Assembly (NCBI RefSeq): GCF_046119375.1
Contig: NW_027362767.1
Location: 429,102,001 to 429,166,000, forward strand
Direction: 5' to 3'
Length of the DNA: 64,000 bases
Source of the DNA: Phyllobates terribilis
Taxonomy: Eukaryota
How positions within the stretch are numbered: position 1 is the first letter of the stretch; each line of letters opens with the position of its first letter. The position numbers were made by a program, and so were the translations under genes. A model generated the notes under the pieces. The model saw nothing but the letters and a program-made list of their open reading frames with translations, was not told the origin of the DNA and did no database searches. This document shows, one piece after another, positions 1 to 12,000 of this stretch.

Positions 1-31
1 GTAAAGCGTCCTCAGCAGACACAGGGGGCCG

Positions 32-3000
32 TCACTTCTTGAATCGATCCAGAGTGGACCTCGGCCCGTGTTGGACTTCTATCGCGTCGCTCTTTGCCGT
101 CTCTCGTTCCTCTATACTCTTTTTGATCTCGGCCTGTGAAAGCAGAATAACAGCGAAGTTACAACCTGAAAAGCGGCTCCAATCAAAATATTCTCAAGTA
201 AATGTATTTTTTCTCTGCAATGATGAAGAAAGAATATGTATAAAAAAATAAATTGTAGTATATGAGAGGGCGCTCGGCTTCTGGAAACCATCCACGACCA
301 CTGGTGGGAGCTGCCGTATACGAGAGATCGGGACGAGTCGTCCAGAGAAGCTTCTGGCTCATAGAATATAAAGCAGAGGACTCCAATGACTTCTCCGCAG
401 GACATCGGGGATTGCACCATAGACTGATGCTGGAGGACATGTCCATCATGTATAAGGGCAATAAATAAGCGGAGCCTGTGGCCGAGACACGATGCCGCCG
501 GTCAGCCACGCTCACCCTCTTCTCCTGGATCGCCACTTTCTTCTTGCGCTTCAGCACATTACCAGTTGAACTCCGACCTTTTAATTTACGGCGAGGAGCA
601 AAGCGAGTCTTCTCATAAGGATCAAAGCCCTGGGGAAAGAAACAATGTAAGACACGAATGAAAGAGACCAGATGCCATCCAAGTGTTGTATGAGGAGGGG
701 TAGATGAAGGACATCAGGGGCCATGTTCAATCATCTGCGATTACAGCTGTGGAGGCCATTACCTGTATACATATTAATATAATCTATACATCTGGATAAG
801 TAGCGAGGGACGAGACTGACGACCATGTAAATAAGGTGTAAGCACCAGAGGCCGCATCTTACATAACGTATCTACAATGGAGAAGACCATAAAGGATAAA
901 GTGGAGTCTTCTTACCATGCGTTCCACTTGTTCCTTGCGTTTCTGCTCCATAGTGATGTTATCGACCTCTCCGAGCTGAGTGGGATCCAACGTGATGAGC
1001 TCAGGTTGAATCTGAAGGATAAGGAGGGATGTAAGAGGCTCACCAAGACCACGTGACCCTCACAGAACGAGGTTGTTCCACGCTCCCTGGACGTTACCTT
1101 TTCTAGCAAAGCCTTGACCTCCCACTCCTGTCGCTGCTTCTTGGTTTCATAGGGGTTACATTCCAGACCATCGAAGTTTGCTTCTCCGGCACCTGTAAGA
1201 AGATAGATGAGGATTCTTAGGATGGAAAAGAAATAGTGTGAAGTGGAAAGACGTGATGAAGAGGTGACTGACCTGGCACAATCATGCTGGTAAAGCCTCC
1301 TCCATGGCCGATACCCAGGACATCTTCATAGGGGCAGAACTGCAGCCCATGGATCGGAGCCTTCACTGAGAGACACATGTATGGGGAGCGCGGAGCGGAG
1401 AGGTGCGTGTCCTTATAAACCTGAGGAAACACAGATTGTAGAAGTCAGCCGTAACACAAGTCTCACTTGACGCCCCCAAAACAGAAGGTTTCTTATTTTT
1501 TTGCAAAATGTTTTTATTCTTTTTACAATATACAATCAAAATAACAGGGAAAAAGTAAAAGAGGAGCTGGGGCAATGGGATCAGGGTGCCAGGAACCAGG
1601 GATTAGGGTGGCAAGCAGCATGGATGTCTTAGGAGTTTGGTCTCCACTGGATTAAGCTTTATCTTATTGTGGGCAAACGATGAGAAGACCCAGCTCATTG
1701 GAAAAGACTTTCTGACACTGCCAGGAAAGCTCCTGGGGATACAGGACGACGTAGGAGCGCCCCTTTAAGCTTCAGTCACTTACCTGCACCACGTTACCAA
1801 CTCCTGCAGCCAGCAGCCCCCTCTGACTATGGCACAGAGACCCTGCGCCGAGGGACAGGAGACACGACTGCAGAGGACGGTAGGTTCGAAGGTCATAGAT
1901 TGTCATCTTCCTGTCTGTGCCTGAAGACGCCATGTACCTGTCCGAGAAAAAATGAAATTGTCGTAGTAAGCAGCACAAGGCGAGAGGGTTGTCAGGAGAA
2001 CGGGCAGCTTTCACCTACATTCCAGTCTTGTCGATGCTCAGGGCCCGGACGGCTCCATTATGACACATCATCTTCACCAGAGGCTCCTTAATAGTCGGGC
2101 TCCAGAGAGAGACGGTCCCTGTGATGGAGATTACAATGAAATCAGATTGCAAAAGTTATTTCTGGTCCAAAATAAATGCATTTAAGAGAAAAAGAAAAAA
2201 GCCTCCTTGGTAGGTGTAAGAGGAGCATGTCCCCATTAACTGTCAGGTCAGCAGTAGAGATCTCGGGGCCGCAATAAAGACATCAGAACATTTCATTATA
2301 CCCAGAATTGGAAACAGAATGATTGGACGCAGCGGTGATACAATACCGTTGTGATGGCCGAGGTGTACGACGGCGTTGTGCGGGTTCTGGCACATGACGT
2401 TCAGTCTTCCGGCTTTCACACAAGTGGCTGCGATTTCTTTTCCGACAGAGACGTCCAAATACTGCAGGAATCCTGTGGAGCTCTGGAGGAAAGTGATATA
2501 ATAGGAATGATCGACGGAGAAGGCAAGGAAATACTGCAGAAATTGCAGCAAAGGGAACAAGAAAACCCGGATAGTATATGCGTATCATATGATGGTGATT
2601 TATATATTGTCTGTCACTACCGTATAACGTGATAAATACACAAAAATCACATGGATATAAATGAATTAGACCTAATCGGGATAACAAAAACCAAAAGGAA
2701 GAAATCCGAATAAAAGGTCAATAGATCAAAATATGGTGAAAATATTAAAAAACCTTATTAAATATACAAGTGGATATGTAGTGGCTGAAAGCAGACAGGT
2801 GTACACAAGGTTATTATTATAGCGCCATTTATTCCATGGCGCTTTACATGTGAAAGGGGGTATACATAGGAAAAACAATTACAATAATCTTGAACAAAAC
2901 AAGTCGGCGACTGGGACAGGAGGAGAGAGGACCCTGCCCGCGAGGGCTCACATTCTACAAGGGATGGGTGAGGATACAGTAGGTGAGGGTAAAGCTGGTC

Positions 3001-6000
3001 GTGCAGCGGTGTGGTGGAGAGAGTGTACTTGCAGGGTGTAGGCTTGTCGGAAGAGGTGGGTCTTCAGTTTTTTTTTTTAAGGTTTCCATGGTAGGAGAGA
3101 GTGATGTGTTGGGGTAGAGAGTTCCAGAGTAGGGGGGATGCACCGGAGAAATCTTATATGCGATTGTGGGAAGAGGGGATAAGAGGGGAGTAGAGCAGGA
3201 CATCTTGTGAGGATCGGAGGTTGCGTGCAGGTAAGTACCGGGAGACTAGATCACAGATGTATGGAGGAGACAGGTTGTGGATGGTTATAAAATATAGATA
3301 TAAATAAAATGAATAAGAAAAACACATACATGTGGAACCTTCAAAGTAAAAATTAATCGTATGTATACATGGGCACGTATAATGCCTCAGATAGAAATAT
3401 CCTATGTTCTGGTCGATAAATCCAAATCACCTGATGTAAATATATTACTGCCCCAACTGATCTATTTTTGACAGCATTGTAAGTGTGCACCAAAGTAAGG
3501 AGATTAGGGTGAAGGCACAGATTGTGCTATCTAGAGAGAGGACAATGACATTAGATATAATCAACTCACACAATGTATACAGCGGAGTAAACACACACCC
3601 ACGGACTGTGTATATAGGGAATGGTATACATCTAACAGGAGGAGACACAGAAGGAAAATACACGAGGACAATGTAACTGGAGAGGCAGTCGGCTCACTAG
3701 TGCTGCGACCGTGTTGGCTGCACCGATTGTACCACGATGTAAGAGGACAATGTCATTGGAAAAGTAGTCAACGTATTATTGGAACGTGAGGATAATGTAG
3801 TTAGAGGTAATCAACTCTCAAAAAGTAACCTACAGAAAGTCAAAATGAAACATGTGGGGACAATGTACCGTATTTTTTGACTATAAGAGACCCCCCCCCC
3901 CCCCCCCCCAGATTTGTGATGAAAATGGAGGTGCATCTTATAGTCCAAATGTAGTTAACTGGGGGCGGCGGGGGTAGAGTGGGGTCACAGGAGGCAGAAA
4001 GCTGGCGGCGACAAGAGTGGGATTATGCTGCAGGCCCTAGGTGGGGAGGAGGGGGGTGTCCCGGTGGTGGTCTTCAAGAAAGTGTCGGCGGTGTGAGGAA
4101 GGAGCAAAGTCCATTGATCTCCTGGCAGTGGGCTTAAGGAAAATGGCCGCCGGAGGCAGCGCATGCGTTGCCTCTAGTGGACAATTTCCTGAAGCCCACT
4201 GCTGGGAGATCAATGTGCAGAGCGGGGACTCCGCTCCTGCCTGCACCGCTGACATTTTGTTGAAGCCCACCGCCGGGACACCCCCTCCTCCCAAGCTCAG
4301 AGCTTCTCCCCACTCCTGCCGCCGCTGGCATCCTGCAGCAGTGACCCTGCCCCCTGTGACCGCGCTCCACCACCTCCTCCCAGTAAGCTAAATTCAGGCT
4401 ATAACACGGACCCCCATTTAACACAATTTTTTTTTTTACTATTTTCCTCAAAATTTGGGGTGTGTCTTATAGTCCACAAAATACGCTAACTGGAAAAATA
4501 GTCTACTCAAAAATGATGTTATTCTATTGACTGGTGAAGATGTAAATGAAAAAGTAGAACTTGTGCAACAACAGTAATGGTGGTGAGGGCAATAAAATAA
4601 AGTAGCTGACTGACAATGGACCATTTAACAAAACATCCCAATGTTATAGACAAAGTATTAGTGTAGCTCATAGTAGTACACAGGGATAGACCGTATGTAT
4701 CGTGAGCCTGCCAGAAAAACTGGTCATAATAGACCGTCACCACATGGAATGACCATGATGACACACACGGACGAAATGTATAAAGTAAATAAAGGATACC
4801 AATATACCTTGATCGGTTGATCCAGATAGTGTGGTGCCCACCCCGACGCACGTTTCGGTTAATACCTTCATCAAGGTATGGCATCATACCGGGCATAGGC
4901 GCTTAAACTGCCAGCAGCCAATCACTGGAGACCTGGTAAATTATGACGCATGCGGATGTAGGAGGATCCGGAGATCAGCCGGGACCCCGCGTCATGTGGC
5001 CGCATCTCACACACACATAATGGAACATTAGAGACATTTTTAATTGTGTTTGTGCGCCTGTCTCCTTTCAGCCACCACATGCCCACTTGTATATGTAATA
5101 ACGTTTTTTGATATTTTTACCATATTTTGATCTTTTGACCTTTTTTTTGGATTTCTTTCATTGTTTTTTAGAAACTGGGGTTGTAGTCCTACAGGTGTCC
5201 GTCACTACTACAGATAAGGGTGTACAGAGCTCATCTCTCCTGTCGCTGGCACAAGAAAAAACAGGCGGCTTTAAAGTAAAAAAAACGTTTGTACCTACAT
5301 TATAGGGAAGGTCAAACTACAGAACTTTTCAGAAGAATTTCTCCACGTAGGTGATATCACTGAACAGGTTTCCGTGTACAGCGCTCATTCTACAGATTTT
5401 TATTATATTTTGGGTTTTTTCAATATCTCTTATTGCTGTCAGTGAATGGACGTATTGTTTACATTCAGAGGCCCTGTTAAGAGTTCTCCCCTTTAAGGAG
5501 CCGCACATAGACGGACTGCAACTTCTAACCGATAAGGGTTTCATTCAATGACAGCAAGCAAAAATCTTGAAAACAAAGAGTGATAAAAAAAAAAGTTCAG
5601 ACAATCTACAGATAATTGCATCAAACAACCAAAGGCCATGTGCCCACGATGCAGAAATGCTCCGGAGTTTTCCTGAGCGTTTCTGCATCTCCCTGGCAGA
5701 AAAAACGCATGCGGATTGTACATGCGTTTTTCCTGCCAGGGACATGCGGATGTGAAGCGCTTTCCAAGCGATTTTAGCATCACTTGGTCACACTATATAA
5801 ATCCATGCAACCGGCATGGATTTATATAGTGTGACCGAAAGAATGGTAAAAAAATAAATCTATATAGTTACCTTCTGATGGCCCCCGCTGTCTTGCTTCG
5901 CTCCGTCCTGGCTTGCCGGCAGATCGCGGTACACTACACTGAAGGACCTGCCGTCACATGACTGACGTCATCGCAGGTCCTTCAGTCCACCGCGAGCTGC

Positions 6001-9000
6001 CAGCAAGGGAGGACGAGCGCAGCGAGGGCCGTCAGAAGGTAAATATAACATTCATTTTTTACAGGTTCTATGGTACCCGGGTCCGGAGGAGAGTCTCCTG
6101 TCCTTCACACCCGGGTACCATCCACACATTGAAACGCTTGGATTGCGCATGTACACATGCTGTGATGCGTAATCCAAGCGTTCCAATGCAAGTCAATGGC
6201 GGCAATTAGGCTGCGTGTCCACAAAATTAATGGACATGCTGCGTATTTTTCCACAATGATAATCCGCAGCATGTGCACAGTACATGCGGATTATCATTGG
6301 GGAACATACAGGAAGAACATACAGGAAGAAGTAAAGGAAAGTCCTCAGGCTTCTTGTACTCACACAAGTGGCCAGCAGGAAGTGATACGGCAGGAACTCC
6401 ATACGTAACACGTCATTAAACTTCTTGATGCAGTGCAGCTCCACGCCGAGGTTGTCGTAGATGTACAGCCACTTCTTCTGAGCCACGGCGAACATTGTGT
6501 GAGAGTGCAGCCACCTGAGAGAGGAGTGGACAGGAAACTAAGGAACCAAAGAGCCAAACTCGAGGGGACAAACGTCCGGCACCAGGGAAAAGCGGTCACA
6601 GGGGGATCCCATCTTATAGGGAAGACATATGATTAGGATACTATAAGCTAATGATTGGTGGGGGTGGGAGGAGAGACCACCATCAATCGACTAGGGCAGA
6701 TAAAGCCTCCACATTCAATGCTTAGACCACAGATCACATATTTATGGGTCACCATTCACACAATGCTGCAGTTTTGCTTTGTGTGCTGTAATATTTATTG
6801 GTGAAGGCTCATAATCCACTTATGTCTGATTTATTGGGGGTCTGACCACTGAGACCACACTAATCACTAAAAATGGAGGGTATAACATGCATTCCTGTCG
6901 GGATGGGATGTGCGCAATGGTTACAAGATCTCTTGCAGTTGTATTTTCTACTAAAGAACAACTCAAGTCACGTCTACGTTTTCCTGCGATTTTCGCGCTG
7001 CTCCCCATCGCCGCGCCGTCTGTGATGCCGGTAAAATCACCTGACGTCGTTGACGGTTTCCATCACGTTCATCTCGCAGAGGAGTTTCTTGGTATGCCAA
7101 TCCATGGAGGCGACGTGACCCCGCTGCCCGGCCAGTAGGAAATGCCTTAGGGATGGAGGACAGGAGTCATGACAGAACATACAGGAACGGATGTAGGAGA
7201 ATGAGAGTCGTAGTCAGCGGCCGCTCACCTTCCGTTCCGGGAATAGTTCACTCTGTAAGGACCAAACTGGTTCAGGGTGAGGTGAAAATGCTGCAAATGA
7301 AACAGATGAATATGTGAGAAGCGGGAGAATAAACTACGAGGAGGCGGCGAGGACGAGAGCCGGATCCTCACCTTCGATGCGCTCGTTATGTCCACCACGT
7401 CCGCTATGTCCTGCTGGGTTATCCTGCTCGTGTCCTCCCCTTCATCGCCTTCCAGAAACCTGAGAATTGGCAAAACCATCAGAACAAGACAAGGCGTTGA
7501 CCATACATCCTGGGCAGAGGCGTCCGGCAGCAATTGTCTCCCTCAACAAGATCCTCCATGGTGCAGACAGTCACATCCTATGAAAACGTTCTGTACTTGC
7601 ATCCAATTAGCCTCCTACAATGACGTCTTGTCATGTGACCGCTGCAGTTGGTCACAGGTGGCAGCAGTCACAAGAGACAAAATGTTATCACAACACATCA
7701 GAAGTACAAAAACAGACCGGGAACTACAGAAGCACGAGGGGAGGGGAGAAAAGTGAAATCCACAAGCAAATCTGCACCAAAATTGGCCCAATTTGACGCT
7801 ATGAAATCTAGCGGCTTTGCTGCAGGAACTGTCCGCTATAACGCTGCTACGTGGAGACAACGCACATTCATTGGACTTTCCGGCCAACTTCAGAGTGAGC
7901 ACCAGATTCATTATACTGAGCAATGAGCAAATTAAGACAAATGCAGGAAATCCCCGCAGACGTGATCTGCTCAGTTCTCAGCCACATATACGGGACAGAA
8001 ATGTTAGTAACGTGAGGTCTGTGTCTCACCCGGCCTCCTCCGGCAGTAACAGGTCGTGTTTCGCCGCCTGGCTCAGCGCGCGCTGCACCTTGGTCTCTTC
8101 CTTCCTCAAATGCCTCTTCACACTTTGGAAAGTGTGCATCTCCTGGAGCACACAGGGTTAATAGTGAGGACAGATCAGGGACAATGCACCAATGCGTAAT
8201 ACTGTAGGAAGAGGGTCCTGATCGTCACACTGGGGGTCACTGATATAGGTAAACATATTTATGTTCAGTTTACCAAATTTCCAGCCATTGTGACGGCAGG
8301 AGCTCTCCCTCCTCCTCTCCATAACTACTACCCACCTCCTCCGCTTTCCTCGCTCTCTCATATTTTGACAATTGGTCTTCTGGCACAGGGGGGAGACCGG
8401 GGAAGGGATCCTCTGCCTGAAATAGTAGAAAAAGGTTATAAGAAGAGAAGGAAGAAAGGGTTTAAGTGCCTTTAACGTTAGAAAACTTCTCACGTCACAA
8501 GCTTAGATTTGTGAGGGTCCAGGCACAGAGACCCCCTGACTGCTGAGCATTGTCCTCCCCAGCAATATTACGCAGATCACCAGTGGGCCGAGCAGAACAT
8601 GGGTTATGTACTTTCTATAGGTCCGTACACGGCTAAACCGGCCTGTATATGGCGGCTGAGCAGAGCCAAACACAGCCGCAACTAGTGGAAGCCCCAGCAC
8701 ACAGACCCCCTTATCTGAAGGAGGGGCAACTTCACATACAGACAACAATTACCTAAAACGTGAAGGGCACTTGCTGTTTTTTCCTGAAAATGTTCAGTGA
8801 TTGTGATTATATGAAACTTTGTAATATGTCTTATTAGGGGGAGGAAAGAGAGAAGTGCCATCGTTGTCAGATGTCAGTGGCCGATGTGCCCCCACCCCCA
8901 CCTCAGACATCCCAAAAAATCAGGGGGTCTCCGTGCAGCCCCGGTCACTATGGCGTTTCTTTCTCTCTGGTATCAACCATTGCTCAGTGTTCACCACTCA

Positions 9001-12000
9001 CTAATCACATTTCTCATCATTTCCAGGTTGAGGCCGGACGTCACTTTATCCATTTTCTATCTATACGTCATCAGTTTTCTATAATTTCAGCACAAATTCC
9101 TTTTACCGAAAACTCAGTTAGGCTGCGTTCACACTATCAGTATTTTACATGAGTATTTGTAAGCCAAAAACAGGTGAGGAACAATCAGAGGACAAGTATA
9201 ATAGAAACACGTCACCACTTCTGTATTTATCACCCACTCCTGGTTTTGGCTTACAAATACTGAGGTGAAATACTGATAGTGTGACCGTAGCCTTAAGGCC
9301 CCGTCACACTAAGCGATATCACTAGCGAGATCGCTGCTGTGTCACGGTTTTGGTGACTCACCAGCGATGTCGCTATGTGTGACACTTTGCAACGATCAGG
9401 CCCCTGCTGTGAGGTTGCTGATCGTTGCAAAGTGTCCTGGACCATTTTTTGGTCGTTGGCCTCCCGCTGTTCAGCACATATCGCTGTGTGTGACCAGCGG
9501 GACCAACGATCTGGCTGGTAACCATGGTAAATATCGGGTTACTAGGGGCACGCGCGCACTTAGTAACCCGCTGTTTACCATAGATACCACTCTGCTACGG
9601 TGAGCGGAGGCTCCAGCGCACGGTAGCAGAGTGGTATCCATGGTAAACAGCGGGTTACTAGGGGCACACGCGCACTTAGTAACCCGATATTTACCATAGT
9701 TACCAGCCTGCTCCTGCTTAAGCAGCAGGCTGGTAACAGGAGCAGGACATCGTGGAACGATTCTTTCCACGATATCGCTGCTCCCCTGATCGCTGGTGAG
9801 CCTGCCTGTTTGACAGCTCACCAGCGATGTATTAGCGATGCAGCAACGATCCCTGACAGGTCGTATCGTTGTCGGGATCGCTGCTGCATCGCTTAGTGTG
9901 ACGGGGCCTTTAGTCTGATACTGTGAGATGTAGGAGAGGCGGTGTATTAATGTCAGGTCGTATCGGTGCCAGACTACAGATATTTTTCCTATAGGTCGGT
10001 TGCAGATACTCGCCCCTGAGATGACGTCTTTCTTCTGTTGGTTCTTCCTCTTCCATGGCTCTCGGTTCGTTCTCTCGTTCACCACCATCTTCTCCGCTTT
10101 CTTTTTTTTCTGTTGTTGCGGCGGCTTCTTCTCTCCTTCCTCCTCGTAATACCGCTGTACTTTCTGTAAGAAGGCAGACAGGTAAGAGATTTACACTTCA
10201 GGATCTGACTCTGCATATTTGCATTCATCTCCTACAACCGTCGTCTCTCTGGCTGTAGGGCAGGTAGATTGCTGGACTTTGTAGTTCCGTATTAATTATA
10301 CACACACACACAATCGCTAATTTATTAGAGATGACCAATAAGATTCTCAGGACCCTGGTCCAGTGGTCACATCAGTAGTCTGTGGCTACCAGAGCCCTGC
10401 AACCTCCTACCTACTGCATCCCTGGCAGAGCATCATGTGTCCATAGTGACCGGAGGCCAGCCGCCAGCGGGGAGAGGCCGGCCGCCAGCGGGGAGAGGCC
10501 GGCCGCCAGCGGGCAGAGGCCGAAGTTGGAGGATGTTTGCAGAACTTCACTCTGGAGGTCACAGACTACAGACGTGGCAGGTGGACCGGGGTTTTACTAA
10601 TCCTTTTGATCATCTTAAATAACAAATATATTTCTGAGGATTATTTTATTTGCAGTTTTATAATATCATGTAGAGTTGAGATCACGTTTCTTTTCTCCAC
10701 TGATAACTGGATGTTTCGTACAATTCCAGGAGGAATAACAGAGGGACGGTTCATTTCCAGGAGGAATAACAGAGGGACGGTTCATTTCCAGGAGGAATAA
10801 CAGAGGGACGCATTTATTATTTGAATGGATAATTAGATGGAGGTTTCAGATTCAGGGCGATCGGTGATTATTGGGGCGTTTTGCTTTAGAGAACTGGTTT
10901 TCAGCAGAAATCAACCTATTAACCATTCGATGACTGGCAGGGAAATAAACATATAACAGGTAAATACAGCACTCCTAGGTACACCGAGCGCTCGGATAAG
11001 ATCTTACCCCGTAGTATGTGTAGAGAAAATTCGGCACTCCAATCTTCAAAGAAAATCAGAATTTATGGTATATAACACAGTCCAATGTGCACAATGTGAC
11101 CTCTCTCAAACATGCGCTGTGGAAGATAACAATGACATAAAATACAAAGAATAACTAGTCGCATACATGTGTACAACACATAAATACACGCAGGTACAAA
11201 GATGAACCACAAAATGAAATGAGCAGGTAAAGAGCAGATATCGTCAGGTTACAGCAGCCCCTGCAGAGAACTAAAGAGTCAAACCACAATTACATATATA
11301 GGGTGAAGCGAGTAAAACACTTGGAGCCGGAGATCTCAGTCAGGGTCTGGGTGTATGTAATGGGATCTGCTCCAAGACCTGAAATTTTAGCTGCGACAGT
11401 CTATGACCCATTTTATGAAAATGAATTGCCAGGTGAAGTACCGGCCCGTCACACCTGATTGTAGACTTATATTGGGAAATACGATCCCTCACTGGCAGAG
11501 TGGTTTATGGCTTTTCTTGATGTCCTATCTGAAAATTAACAAATAAAATAGCACTCTGTAGCGCTATAACATGCAAACATGAAATATATGAAATCTGAAT
11601 TGCATTACTGCTCTAGAAAATAGGAATAATTGAGATTACTTAGTGCATAAATTGGCCAATTCATATACACCCGATAGCCACGATAAGGTGACTCTCGTTG
11701 CAGGGAACCTACCTACTGTGAATCATTGGGAATTAATATGGGAAGGTAGAATCCTGATATAATTAAAACCACCTGAGGCTATCTGAAAACGTCATCACTA
11801 ACCGCTTTGTCACTTCGGTGCAGTAATTAGCGCTGCACACTCATTAGTAACGCCTCGCTCACAGCAACGGTGGTCGCTTTTCAGCACATGCTGACCTCAA
11901 GCTCCAATGATTCTGGGGGAGTTTCTCTTCTTTTCAGTCCATAAGGGATCCTGTGGCGGTGGTGACTGATTACAAACACCCCTATATGACCATCACATGT

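Noticed and set aside
7146-7148. AAG acceptors (WDR46 exon 7; also VPS52 exon 17 at 36932-36934)
   Set aside because: Uncommon but canonical AG acceptors that keep the frame; not noteworthy.
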